A DNA stretch of 64,000 bases from an uncultured Verrucomicrobiae bacterium (GCA_963702845.1 OY969763.1:5792001-5856000), one strand, 5' to 3'. Counted from the stretch's first letter, positions 51,061-60,702 are shown. Made by a program: numbers and translations. Notes: generated from the sequence alone by a model not told the origin.

Positions 51061-51160
51061 AGCGTTTGGAGTGCGTGCGGCTTGCCGCCGCTTTGGGATC
51101 GCGGGCTTCGATTAAGTTCGTATCCCAAAGCGGCAGCTCAGCTGCCGCACTCCATACGCT
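51061..51160. repeat. REP doublet / long hairpin
   Basis: agcgtttggagtgcg...gccgctttgggat / atcccaaagcggc...cgcactccatacgct. Confidence 0.75.
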
Positions 51161-51183
51161 TCGCGCCTTCCAAAACGCGTTCC

Positions 51184-52293
51184 TTATTTCTTTACCCCCA
51201 ACAAATAGCGCGCTACATCGGCGCCCGCCGGATCACCATCACTCGTGCGGCCTTTCTCGGTTTTTCGCAGACCGAGAACGTTCGTGCAATAAGTCGCAAA
51301 ACTCTGTTCCCGGTGGCACGGATAGAGCTTGGGCCGTTTGACGCTCGGCCGGATCGTTTTAAGCAGGTCCACATACGTCCAGTTGAAACGTTTCACCAAC
51401 GGCCACAGCGTGATCACCGCCGTGTCCACGTCTTCGTAATTCCACACCCGCGGCGTATCGGCGTCGAGCGTCGCAGCCATGGCGCGCTGTTTAGGCGAGT
51501 CGGGGTAATGTTCGACCGCCGCTTCGAACTGTGCCTGGTATCTCGCCTTCGTCTCGGCGTCAGCAGTGGCGATGTGATTTCGAACGAAAGCACCGGCAGC
51601 GAGATCCCGTTTCTCAGCATCCGGATCAAACATGGCAGGTTGGCAATACCACATCGCGTGCGTCTTCAGGTGAAGAATTGAGTCCAGCCATTCGCAAAAG
51701 TAAATGAGCGCGACGCGCGGGTCGCCAAAGCTGGGATGCATGATGAAGGGTTGCTCGATCACTGCTTGTGGTTTTAGCTGAACTTCGGTGGCGAAGTTCA
51801 TGACCGCTTCACGACAGATGCCAGCGAGAGGGTCGTCGAAGCTGGAGAAACGGAGAATATGTTGGAAGAAGGTGCGGGATTTTGTTTGGTCGAGGGCGGC
51901 CAGTTGAAGGATGAGTTGATCGCGCACGATCTCGTCCGCGCGGGAAGCGTCAGCGGACGACGCGGGACCGTTCGGTTGGCAAGCGCGCTCGTCGTTAGCT
52001 TCTGTCCGGCACAAGGCGTTGCCGATGATTTCGGCGAAGGCGCGTGCGGATTGTCCGGATTGAAGCAAACGGGTGCGCGCTACTTTTTTCTCGGCGTATT
52101 CCTTAGCGACCAAAACCGAGGCGCGTCCAATCCAACCCTGGATCATGAAGGCAGACATATAGAAGTTGTCCTGCTCAAGACGACAGAGTTCGTAGGCGTC
52201 CTCCATCGTTCCCATGAATGGTAAGACGAGGCGCGGAGTCGGTTCGTTGTTGTTTTGATTTTCGTTATTTTTATTTTCGTTTTTATTTTTCAT
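51184..52293 (-). CDS. Hypothetical protein (369 aa)
   Basis: Long ORF with Asn/Lys/Glu low-complexity N-terminus and an aromatic/Cys-rich C-terminal block (WPLVKRFNWTY..L, YPC..E.SFATYC.NVLGLRK); no family recognised. Confidence 0.7.
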   Translation of the reverse strand: MKNKNENKNNENQNNNEPTPRLVLPFMGTMEDAYELCRLEQDNFYMSAFMIQGWIGRASVLVAKEYAEKKVARTRLLQSGQSARAFAEIIGNALCRTEANDERACQPNGPASSADASRADEIVRDQLILQLAALDQTKSRTFFQHILRFSSFDDPLAGICREAVMNFATEVQLKPQAVIEQPFIMHPSFGDPRVALIYFCEWLDSILHLKTHAMWYCQPAMFDPDAEKRDLAAGAFVRNHIATADAETKARYQAQFEAAVEHYPDSPKQRAMAATLDADTPRVWNYEDVDTAVITLWPLVKRFNWTYVDLLKTIRPSVKRPKLYPCHREQSFATYCTNVLGLRKTEKGRTSDGDPAGADVARYLLGVKK

Positions 52294-52663
52294 GCGCCCA
52301 TTGTCGCAAAGTCACTTGGACAAAGGCTGTCCAAGTGAATTTTTTTCCCGGAAAAAGATGTCGCCTCTATCTACTTGATACCGAGCGAATTAAACAAAAA
52401 CGCCGCTTTTTGGCGTAAAATTTTTCAGGTAGGGCGGGCCGGCATCCGCGGTTAGCGGTGCCATCGACCAATTTGTTCTAACTCTCCGCGCCCGCCCGCG
52501 CCCGACCGCCCGCCGTCCGCGCCCGCCGCCATGCGCGCCGAGAATTTCTTTCTTAATAAAAACCTCAATCCACTAAGAAGCTTTTATTCCAGCGCCGTAG
52601 TAACCTCGCCGCATGTGTGAATTTGAATTAATCGCGCAGCCGGCGACCGCCACAAAAAAGGCG

Positions 52664-52765
52664 AGTGCGACTGACTGCGACTGCCACCGCGACTGGGGTG
52701 CGACTGCACTCCAATTTGTCGCGCCTGGTCGCAACCAGTCACGCCCAGTAACACCCAGTCGCACT
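52664..52765. repeat. Inverted array of short tandem units (tgcgactg)n / (cagtcgca)n
   Basis: Four gcgactg units on the left and about five 10-bp-period degenerate cagtcgca units on the right; the outer 10 bp are perfectly complementary. Confidence 0.7.
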
Positions 52766-52784
52766 AACTTTTTTCGGTTTTTTT

Positions 52785-52918
52785 CGTATCGCAGACTTCC
52801 GAGTCTGCTGTGTCGTATGGCGAGGCCGACGTTCGGCTTTCCAAACCTGCAGGGCTTCCGTTACACACCTGCCGACTTGGAAGTCGGCGATACGGCAGGT
52901 TTGGAAACCTGCGATACG
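52785..52918. repeat. REP doublet-like palindromic element
   Basis: cgtatcgcag...ctgcgatacg termini; internal tttccaaacctgc / gcaggtttggaaa and gccgactt-gg-aagtcggc stems. Confidence 0.75.
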
Positions 52919-53052
52919 GGTTCGGCATCAGCGTCGGGCAGTCCTCGGTTGTTACAGGTGCGGAGGTTGTTGCTATTCCTCCATGCCGTTGTTACACTCC
53001 GCGAGTTGGACGTGGAATTGGCCACGACAGCGAAAAACAACAACGCCCTGCC

Positions 53053-54090
53053 ATGAAAGCTGCCAGTCGAAACGGGATACTTGCCGGGGGGAATTGGATC
53101 ATTGACCAGGTCAAGATGATCGATGCCTATCCGGCGCGCGATCACCTCGCCAATATCCGTAGTCAATCGCAAGGGACCGGCGGGTCGCCTTATAATGTGT
53201 TGGTTGATCTGGCGAACTTGCAGGCGCCGTTTCCGTTGATGGCGGCTGGACTGGTCGGCAATGATGATCTCGGTCGCACGATTTTGCAGGATTGTCGCGA
53301 GCGTAAGATTGATTGGAAGTATTTGCGGGCGACGCCGCTGGCGCCGACGTCTTACACGGATGTGATGACGGAATCGAGCGATGGGCATCGGACGTTTTTT
53401 CATCATCGCGGCGCGAATGCCTTGTGGGATGGGCATGACCTGAATTTCTCGAAGGTTAAAGCAAAGATTTTCCACCTCGGTTATCTGCTCTTATTGGATG
53501 CGTTGGATGCGCCGGATGCGAAGTTCGGCACGCGCGCGGCGCGTTTGTTAAAGATGGCGAGTGACGCCGGTCTGAAGACGAGCGTGGATGTGGTGAGCGA
53601 GGACAGCAATCGGTTCGCCAAAATCGTTTCGCCGGCGCTGAAGCACGTGGATTATTGCATTCTCAATGAGATTGAAGCGGGGAAGACGACGGGGTTCACG
53701 ATTCGCGGCGCGGATGGGAAGTTGAATACGGTTTCGCTGCGGCATGCGGCGGGTGCGCTGTTGCAGCACGGGGTGAAGGATCTGGTGGTGATTCATTTTC
53801 CGGAGGGCGCGTTTGCCCGCACGCGTAAGGGTGAGGATGTTTGGCAAAGTTCGCTCAAGCTGCCTTCCAAACACATCGCTGGAACGGCTGGCGCCGGGGA
53901 TGCGTTTGCGGCTGGTGTGTTGTTGGGATTGCACGAAGGTTGGGCGCTGCAGAAGTCGTTGTTCACCGGTGTGTGTGTGGCGGCGGCGTCGTTGTCGCAC
54001 CCGACGTGTACAGGCGGGGTCAAATCGCTGTCGGCATCGGTGAAGTTGGCGCGGAAATATCCGCCGGGAGCGCCGATCGAGCGGGCTTAA
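53053..54090 (+). CDS. PfkB-family carbohydrate kinase
   Basis: GG.P.N....LA.L, G.VG.D..G, RTF....GAN, NE.E, GTAGAGDAF.AG; start placed at MKAAS. Confidence 0.9.
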   Translation: MKAASRNGILAGGNWIIDQVKMIDAYPARDHLANIRSQSQGTGGSPYNVLVDLANLQAPFPLMAAGLVGNDDLGRTILQDCRERKIDWKYLRATPLAPTSYTDVMTESSDGHRTFFHHRGANALWDGHDLNFSKVKAKIFHLGYLLLLDALDAPDAKFGTRAARLLKMASDAGLKTSVDVVSEDSNRFAKIVSPALKHVDYCILNEIEAGKTTGFTIRGADGKLNTVSLRHAAGALLQHGVKDLVVIHFPEGAFARTRKGEDVWQSSLKLPSKHIAGTAGAGDAFAAGVLLGLHEGWALQKSLFTGVCVAAASLSHPTCTGGVKSLSASVKLARKYPPGAPIERA

Positions 54091-54272
54091 TTCGAACCGC
54101 TAACACATCAAGTTGATTGTGAGGGAATACCGAGGGGTGCGGTGTTTAACGCTGAGTAGGTTTCAACAAAATCCCCAAGGCCGATTTCAGGCAAATCCTG
54201 AGCGGATTGGAATTGCACCTGATGCAGAAAAGTAGCTTCATAGTAGGCACCAAGTTGAGCTGGTTTTTTGAT

Positions 54273-54755
54273 ATGAAACCCCTGGTGCTTTACGCAGAAG
54301 ATGATTCGAATGACGCCTTGTTGTGTGAACATGCGTTCGAACTCAGCAATTTACCGATCGACTTGCGGATAGTGGATGACGGGGCGCACCTGATCAGCTG
54401 GCTTCGTGGCGAGGGCGATTATGCCGATCGCGCGAAGTTTCCCCTTCCGAGGCTCGTCATCACTGATTCCAAGATGCCGTTGAAGGGCGGTTTGGATGTG
54501 TTGCGCTGCGTCCGCACGTATCCTGAACTGCACGATATTCCCGTGGTTCTGTATTACGGGTCGATTTTTTTCCAGGATCTAGGTGTTTTCGGCGAACTGG
54601 GCGTTAACGCATGCATCGAGAAAGACTTCCACTGCCGCGAGTTGGTCCAGACAGTTGGCGACCTGCTAGGAATGCGACCAACTCTTTGGCGACCGACGAC
54701 TGCAGAAGGGCTGGGCACGTCTCCGCGGATGAGCGCTGGTGCGGGAACGCGTTGA
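54273..54755 (+). CDS. Single-domain response regulator (Rcp1-like receiver)
   Basis: LYAEDD..D, DG......L...G.Y.DR..FPLP.L.ITD.KMP..GG, conserved Lys. Confidence 0.85.
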   Translation: MKPLVLYAEDDSNDALLCEHAFELSNLPIDLRIVDDGAHLISWLRGEGDYADRAKFPLPRLVITDSKMPLKGGLDVLRCVRTYPELHDIPVVLYYGSIFFQDLGVFGELGVNACIEKDFHCRELVQTVGDLLGMRPTLWRPTTAEGLGTSPRMSAGAGTR

Positions 54756-54810
54756 GCGGTTGACGATCACGCTGAGTTTGGGACGACGTGGAAGTCGTCC
54801 TTACCTGCGA

Positions 54811-54847
54811 AACAAAAAAAGAGCGCGAACCATTTCGGTTCGCGCTC
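54811..54847 (-). terminator. Intrinsic terminator of the rpsP-rplS operon
   Basis: gagcgcgaacc-atttc-ggttcgcgctc with an A-run on its left (U-tract on the minus strand). Confidence 0.88.
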
Positions 54848-54890
54848 GTAAAATCAGATGGCGGACGAGGGTGTCCGCGATCGATTGAAA

Positions 54891-55280
54891 TTACTTCGCT
54901 GCAGCTGCGGCAGGGGCGGCCACTCTGGATGTTTCTTTTTCTTTCACCAGAGTTGCACCTTTGCCGATACGATTGCGCAGGTAGGTGAGCTTGGCGCGGC
55001 GGACGGCACCTTTGCGTTCCACATCCACTTTGTCGATGCGGGGCGAGTGAATCGGGAAAATACGTTCGACGCCTTCGCCGTAGCTGATGCGGCGGACGGT
55101 GAAGGTTTCGTTCAAACCATGACCGCGGCGGCCAATGACAATGCCAGCGAAAATCTGGATACGTTCTTTGTCGCCTTCGATAACTTTGGTGTGCACGCGC
55201 ACGGAGTCGCCGACGGCGAATTTGCCCGCGTCTTTCCGATATTGTTCGGATTCAATTTTATCAAGTAATACCTGGTTCAT
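54891..55280 (-). CDS. rplS: 50S ribosomal protein L19
   Basis: F.VGD.V.V...VIEG.KERIQ.F.G, FTVRRIS.G.GVER.FP, G.VRRAKL.YLR. Confidence 0.97.
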   Translation of the reverse strand: MNQVLLDKIESEQYRKDAGKFAVGDSVRVHTKVIEGDKERIQIFAGIVIGRRGHGLNETFTVRRISYGEGVERIFPIHSPRIDKVDVERKGAVRRAKLTYLRNRIGKGATLVKEKETSRVAAPAAAAAK

Positions 55281-55291
55281 AAATTTTCTTT

Positions 55292-55320
55292 CGGACGCCG
55301 CAGCGCAGCGTCGCTACCTT
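55292..55320. repeat. GTAG-type REP abutting the trmD stop codon
   Basis: Minus strand aaggtagcgacgctgcgctgcggcgtccg, similar to 46190-46217. Confidence 0.55.
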
Positions 55321-55984
55321 ATTTCAACAAGTCCGGTCGTCTTTCTTTCGTTCTCTGCAGCGACTGTTCACGCCGCCATTTTTCTATCTCCGCATGGTGC
55401 CCGGACAAAAGCACCTCCGGGACTTTCATCCCGCGAAATTCTGCCGGCCGCGTATAGTGCGGGTATTCCAACTGGCCCGCACTGAACGATTCGTCTTGCG
55501 AACTTTGGTCGTCGCCGAGCGCTCCGGGCAAGAGGCGCGTTACCGCGTCAATTACCAGCATCGCCGGCAGCGAACCGTTCGTCAGAACATAGTCGCCGAT
55601 GGACAATTCCTCGTCCACCAACCCTTCGCGCACCCTTTCATCGGTCCCTTCATACGCGCCGCAAATGAATAACAGATGCTGCTCTTGCGCCAAACGTCGC
55701 GCCGCAGCCTGGTCGAACTTTTGTCCGACTGGTGTCATCAGGATCACGCGGGTTTTTTCGCCGCGTAACGCTTCGACCCCTTCAAAAATCGGTTCAGGTT
55801 TGAGGACCATTCCTGGTCCGCCACCGAACGGCCGATCATCGACCGTTTTATAATTGTCATGCGTGTAATCACGCAAGTTGACCACCCTCAGGTCAAGGAT
55901 CCCATTCTTCCGCGCCCGTTTCACAATGCTCACGTCCAGCGCGGAGAATATCTCCGGAAAAGGGGTGAGCACGTCGATTTTCAC
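55319..55984 (-). CDS. trmD: tRNA (guanine-N1)-methyltransferase
   Basis: [50 protein letters not shown]. Confidence 0.97.
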   Translation of the reverse strand: MKIDVLTPFPEIFSALDVSIVKRARKNGILDLRVVNLRDYTHDNYKTVDDRPFGGGPGMVLKPEPIFEGVEALRGEKTRVILMTPVGQKFDQAAARRLAQEQHLLFICGAYEGTDERVREGLVDEELSIGDYVLTNGSLPAMLVIDAVTRLLPGALGDDQSSQDESFSAGQLEYPHYTRPAEFRGMKVPEVLLSGHHAEIEKWRREQSLQRTKERRPDLLK

Positions 55985-56053
55985 TTTTAACCTTTTTACT
56001 TTTTAACGACGCGAACGTTACAAGGTTAAAAAGTTAAAACGTTACAAACGTGA

Positions 56054-56344
56054 TTACTCTCTCTCAGCATCTCGTTCCCTCTCGCGATCCGGTTTTCCTT
56101 TTCCTCCCGGCCCGTCTTCGACAATTTCCATGGTGCAGCGCAATCCGCGCTTGGCACTGCCCGCCAAAAGTAAGCTGCGAATGGCATTGATGGTGATGCC
56201 CTGACGACCAATCACTTTACCAACGTCATCGGCGTGCATGCGCACTTCGTAGACAGTCAGGCCTTCCTTCGGCACCTCAGTGACGGTGACGGCCTCGGGA
56301 TGGCTGACCAATCCCTTTACGACAAAATCGAGGAAGGCTTGCAT
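56054..56344 (-). CDS. khpA: KH-domain RNA-binding protein
   Basis: LV..P..V, D.GKVIGRQG.TI.AIR; located directly after rpsP. Confidence 0.9.
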   Translation of the reverse strand: MQAFLDFVVKGLVSHPEAVTVTEVPKEGLTVYEVRMHADDVGKVIGRQGITINAIRSLLLAGSAKRGLRCTMEIVEDGPGGKGKPDRERERDAERE

Positions 56345-56440
56345 GTCTTTTAAAAAAATTTCAGGTCGAACTAGCTCGAATTAGGTCCAAATAGCGAATC
56401 GGGCCTAATTTGCTCGGTTTTGGCCGAGTCGCGCGGAACC

Positions 56441-56698
56441 TTAAGCGGTCGCCGCGGCAGCTTTTTTCGCCTTCTTCATGAAGCTGGCGACAGTTTCGCT
56501 GGGTTGAGCACCTTTGCTTACCCAATAATCGGCACGCGCGGTGTCGAGCTTGAAATTGTCGGTCTGCTTACGTGGCTGATACGTGCCGATTTCCTCGATG
56601 AACTTGCCATCACGAGGACTGCGACCGTCCGCCACTACAATGCGATAATACGGCGAATTTTTTGCGCCGACCCGCTTCATTCGAATTCTAACTGGCAT
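56441..56698 (-). CDS. rpsP: 30S ribosomal protein S16
   Basis: [32 protein letters not shown]...GAQPS.TV. Confidence 0.97.
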   Translation of the reverse strand: MPVRIRMKRVGAKNSPYYRIVVADGRSPRDGKFIEEIGTYQPRKQTDNFKLDTARADYWVSKGAQPSETVASFMKKAKKAAAATA

Positions 56699-56780
56699 AA
56701 AATAGTATGTCCTAAAAAAGAGTTGGAGAGCCTAGACCCCGACCCGTGGCTTGGCAAGTCCTGTTTTAACCTGAATTTTC

Positions 56781-56834
56781 GGCGCGCGCGGAGCGGCGCG
56801 CCCTACCAGGAAAAACTACCGACGAGCCCTACCT
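56781..56834. repeat. GTAG-type REP-like hairpin(s)
   Basis: ggcgcgcgcggagcggcgcgccctacc plus a second gccctacc end at about 56827-56834. Confidence 0.5.
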
Positions 56835-56842
56835 TCGGAAAC

Positions 56843-57835
56843 TTATGGCGTTTTCTTGATCAACGCTGCGTTCGTTACCGCTCCGCCAGTGTGCACGGGC
56901 GTTTTGGAATAAATTGCAGTGAGATAGGCTGCGACGGAATTGATCTGAGCTTCGGTGAGCGGACCACCGTGGTCCTGACCGAAGGCCGGCATGGTCGAGC
57001 CGGTTTTGCCGCCGTCCTTAATCCAGTCACGCCAGTAATCGAAGGTGGTCTGTTTTACTGCGGCGAGGGCTTTCAGGTCAGGCACGCCCGCGGCGCGGTG
57101 AGGTGATTCGTGGCAAATGGCGCAGTCAGCAGCGAACAACTGCAGGCCCATTTTGCCGTCGCCTTTGCGGACGTGACATTCAGCGCAGTCCTGGTTGTCG
57201 ACTTTGTGGAAGACGGCCTGACGATCTTTCATCGCTTGATCGAGGTTCTTCTTCCGTTGCTCGTCAGTCATCGCGACCATCGGGGCTGGCGGGGGGTTGT
57301 TGACTTTGACGGTCAACATTTTCATGCCAACGGATGTGTAAACGGTGATGGTCTTGGTGATGAGGCCGGGAGGTTTGCCGGCTAAAGCGACGGTGACTTT
57401 GATTTCGCCGTTGGTGCCAGGCTTGAGGTGCCAGGGTTGCGAGGGTAATTGGGCGACGGTGCAGCCGCAGCTGGTCTGGCAACGTTCGATGATGACTTCG
57501 TTGGTCCAGACGTTGGTGAGATTGAAGACGTATGGGGCGGAAGCTTCGCCGACTTTGGCGTCGTAAGTCTTGGTCTCGGAATCGAAAACGAGCGTCGGTT
57601 CCTTGGGCAGATTGGTCATCGGAACGGTGACGGAGGAGATTGGAACGCCTGCGTTAACGACAGCAGGGCTTCCCGGACGGAGCGGGCCACTCGGGCTTGG
57701 GATGACGCGCGCGGGACGCACGTTTGGCACCGGCGCAGTTGGAGCTGGCGGCGCGGGCGGCGTTGGTGTTTGAGCCAAAACGGCTGACGCCAGGGAAAGC
57801 GCAGCCATAACCATAATCCGTCGAAAGTTCTGCAT
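56843..57835 (-). CDS. Secreted DUF1573 (Ig-like) plus diheme cytochrome c protein
   Basis: Signal peptide, Pro-rich linker, SCGCT...L.PG..G.I DUF1573 motif, CAECH and CAICH, MPAF distal Met; start placed at MQNFRR. Confidence 0.8.
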   Translation of the reverse strand: MQNFRRIMVMAALSLASAVLAQTPTPPAPPAPTAPVPNVRPARVIPSPSGPLRPGSPAVVNAGVPISSVTVPMTNLPKEPTLVFDSETKTYDAKVGEASAPYVFNLTNVWTNEVIIERCQTSCGCTVAQLPSQPWHLKPGTNGEIKVTVALAGKPPGLITKTITVYTSVGMKMLTVKVNNPPPAPMVAMTDEQRKKNLDQAMKDRQAVFHKVDNQDCAECHVRKGDGKMGLQLFAADCAICHESPHRAAGVPDLKALAAVKQTTFDYWRDWIKDGGKTGSTMPAFGQDHGGPLTEAQINSVAAYLTAIYSKTPVHTGGAVTNAALIKKTP

Positions 57836-57989
57836 AAGCGGCCAGAGGTTACACGAACTTTCCCTTAAAGACAATGTGGAAAAAGACCTAGCACCCCTTG
57901 CGTAATTACGAGTGGCTGCCGTCGCTCAATGCTTTGAATGGATTTGTTTGGGATCGAAACATTGTGTCAACTGCACAACGAGTTTAGTG

Positions 57990-58046
57990 AAAAAAAGCCA
58001 GGCCGTAGCTTAGTCCATTAATGAGGACAAGGCCCGGCCTGGCTTT
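57990..58046 (-). terminator. Intrinsic terminator of the PATR-repeat gene
   Basis: aaagccaggccg ... cggcctggcttt stem with an A-run on its left. Confidence 0.7.
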
Positions 58047-58065
58047 CAATCTGCTAACGTCTGTT

Positions 58066-60702
58066 TTATTGGGTGATGCGATAGTAACGTTCGGTCGGCA
58101 GCGGGCCGGGGTCGCTATAGGAGCCTGCGCCGTTCGCGTCTGTCGAGACAACGACAAGTGTCTGCCAGTTAATCGGCGTCAGAGTGTCGGTGTATTGCAC
58201 TGTGTAGCTGGTGTTCGGTGCGCCGGTGAATGTGCCGGTGCCAGCGCCGGTGACAGACTGGGACGGCGCTGGGAAAAGCAGGTTCAACAGCAACGACTTG
58301 CCATCTTGACTGGTGCTGAGGACAAATACGCGACCACCGGTCGAGTTGCTGAGGTTGTTTGTGGTGACATTGAATGCGGTGGGGTCAAAACCGGTGATTC
58401 CACCGGTGGTCGTGGCGATAGCCCAAGTTGATCCGCTGTTGAAACTGGCGGCGTTGCCCGGAGCGGTTCCGGAGAGCGATTGGACATCGATGTTGAATTT
58501 ACCGGCTGAAGTCGCGGCAATGGTGAGCGTTCCGTTAATGGCGACGGTGTCCCAACCAGGATCGGAACCGGCAGTGCCGAGCGCATCGTTGATTTGCCAC
58601 GCATAATGCCCAGCGGCGTTCCAGGTTTGATTGCCAGTGTTGATCGTACCGACGTTGATGCCAGGAGCAATCGTTCCGTTCGTGGCGACAGTGACTGCCG
58701 GGGTGGTTCCTGTTCCGTTGAGTGTGCCAGTGCTGTTGATCGAAACGGATGAACTGCTGGAGATGTTGCCAGTTACCGTCAGGGTGCCGGCGTTAATCGG
58801 TGTGGTTCCCGTGTAGGTGCTCGTGGCTGCAACAACCAATGTGCCCGCGCCCGCCTTGGTGAAATTGCGCGCTGACGCGTCCTGGCCGATTGCGCCGTTG
58901 AGCGTCAAAGTTTTGGCTGAAACGGTGATGGTGCGATTTGCTGCACTGAGAGTCACTGGTCCGCCGATGGTCATGTTGTTCGCGTTACCAACATAGGTTG
59001 GGCTGCCACCGCTCAACGTCAATGCATTGGCTACGGTCATGTCTGAACCAGAGGTATTGTCAAAGAAACCATTGCCGCCGATGATGTTCGTTCCAGTGCC
59101 CATAGCAGAGGCGTTGGCGAGATTAAGACGGCCGGCAGTATTGAGAGTCGTATTGCCGGTATAAGTATTAACACCAGAGAGCGTCCACGTGCCCGAACCC
59201 GATTTCACAACATAGGTGCGGTTCTTAAGGTTCGGGATGGTAATGGTTGCACCGGCAGTGATTGCGGCTGTCGTTGCGGCACTGAGAGTTATTTTCAAAG
59301 TGCTGTTTGTCACACCCAGAACAGTGGTTCCTGCAGCGATACCCGTGCCGGAAACCGCTGCACCAACTACAATGCCGTCCACCGATCCGAGGGTGAGCGA
59401 GGTGGCGGTAGTCACTGCTGCCGCGGTCGTCACGGTCGAACCGCTTGTGCCGTTATCAGAGATGATGCCAGCAAATTCACCGGTGCCGGCAGTCGCACCT
59501 TGGAGAGTCAAAGATTTGGTGCCGATACCTGTGGCTGTGGTCGCCGATGTAAACTTAAGCAGTCCGGTGCCGGATTGATCCAAGATCGCACCGCCACTTT
59601 GGCCAGCGAGGTCAACGACGCGGTCGGTCGTTTCACCGGCTCCGGTGTAAAGAAGCGTGCCGGTAAAAGTCGTCGCTCCAAAACTCAGCGTGCCGTTGGC
59701 AGCACTGGACGGTACTCCCAGATTGCTGGTGGGCTGTTGCGCGGGCGTCGAGACGCTGTTGATTGAACTGACGCTGGTAACGCTGGATTGCAAAGTCGTC
59801 TTGCCAGTGTAAGTGTTCGCGCCCGTGAGCTTGAGCACGCCATGTGTCGTCGAACTCTGCCGGCCAAATCCACCGGGGCCACTGATGACGCCCGACAACG
59901 TGACCGTATTGTCCGTCCCGCCACCAACGCCGTAATTCACATTGAAACTATTCAAGGCCACATTGCCGCTGAACGTGGTCGAAAACGGATGGCCCGTAGC
60001 AGAGAAGTTGAGAGCCGCGACGGCAGTATGCGCGTCTATAATATCGTTTGTAATGACAAGGCCGGTCGATTCCGCGATTAATGCCGGGCCACTCACAGTC
60101 GTAAGTGTGATAGGTCCAGTTCCAAACGATGAACCGTTATTGAAATTCACAAGCGAAGCGCTGCTGTTAAGGTTCATGCCGCCCGAATACGTGTTTGTTG
60201 CATCGAAAAAGATTTGTCCGGTGCTTTGCACTTGAATCCCGCTCGCTCCAGTAATCGGGATGTTAACGTGGGTAAATCCCAAACTGCCGTTGAAAGTTGC
60301 AAAGGTTGCAAGCTGGCCGATGGCAGTAGAAATATCAAACGAGCCGGGGCCAGAGAAGGTCACCGTGCATGGGCCGGGGTTTAGCTGTCCGTTATAGATT
60401 CCTCCCATCGGGATGGCAGAGTTTACCGTGATCGCAAATGTTCCCAGGTTGGTGCTGCCGCCTGGACCTGCACAAAAAAGAGCGGCATTAGTGCCATTAA
60501 TGTTCCAGGGGACAAGCGAGGCAGGGTCGACCTGGGTTTGCGTGCCCTCCGGGGTCCAAAGTGGGGTAGTGGTATCCCATGTGCCGCTACCGCCGACGGT
60601 AGTTGTGCCGTTGGGCTCCCATCCCTGGATGGCGGCCTGAGCGGAATTCAATGTGATAGCCGCGAGAGTCGCGGCAACGAATCGAAGGAGTGACGTTTTC
60701 AT
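58066..60702 (-). CDS. Secreted autotransporter-associated beta-strand-repeat (PATR) protein
   Basis: Signal peptide; repeated K.G.GTL.L.G.NTYTG.T units; Thr/Gly/Ser-rich; short C-terminal Y.VQY...L...W...YYR module; no beta-barrel. Confidence 0.85.
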   Translation of the reverse strand: MKTSLLRFVAATLAAITLNSAQAAIQGWEPNGTTTVGGSGTWDTTTPLWTPEGTQTQVDPASLVPWNINGTNAALFCAGPGGSTNLGTFAITVNSAIPMGGIYNGQLNPGPCTVTFSGPGSFDISTAIGQLATFATFNGSLGFTHVNIPITGASGIQVQSTGQIFFDATNTYSGGMNLNSSASLVNFNNGSSFGTGPITLTTVSGPALIAESTGLVITNDIIDAHTAVAALNFSATGHPFSTTFSGNVALNSFNVNYGVGGGTDNTVTLSGVISGPGGFGRQSSTTHGVLKLTGANTYTGKTTLQSSVTSVSSINSVSTPAQQPTSNLGVPSSAANGTLSFGATTFTGTLLYTGAGETTDRVVDLAGQSGGAILDQSGTGLLKFTSATTATGIGTKSLTLQGATAGTGEFAGIISDNGTSGSTVTTAAAVTTATSLTLGSVDGIVVGAAVSGTGIAAGTTVLGVTNSTLKITLSAATTAAITAGATITIPNLKNRTYVVKSGSGTWTLSGVNTYTGNTTLNTAGRLNLANASAMGTGTNIIGGNGFFDNTSGSDMTVANALTLSGGSPTYVGNANNMTIGGPVTLSAANRTITVSAKTLTLNGAIGQDASARNFTKAGAGTLVVAATSTYTGTTPINAGTLTVTGNISSSSSVSINSTGTLNGTGTTPAVTVATNGTIAPGINVGTINTGNQTWNAAGHYAWQINDALGTAGSDPGWDTVAINGTLTIAATSAGKFNIDVQSLSGTAPGNAASFNSGSTWAIATTTGGITGFDPTAFNVTTNNLSNSTGGRVFVLSTSQDGKSLLLNLLFPAPSQSVTGAGTGTFTGAPNTSYTVQYTDTLTPINWQTLVVVSTDANGAGSYSDPGPLPTERYYRITQ

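Noticed and set aside
46310..52293. Intact Mu-like prophage
   Set aside because: No transposase, repressor, portal, head or tail genes, and the region is flanked directly by host genes.
52810..53052. N-terminal extension of the PfkB kinase in the ORF track
   Set aside because: It translates a palindromic repeat from an upstream GTG; family similarity begins at MKAAS (53053).
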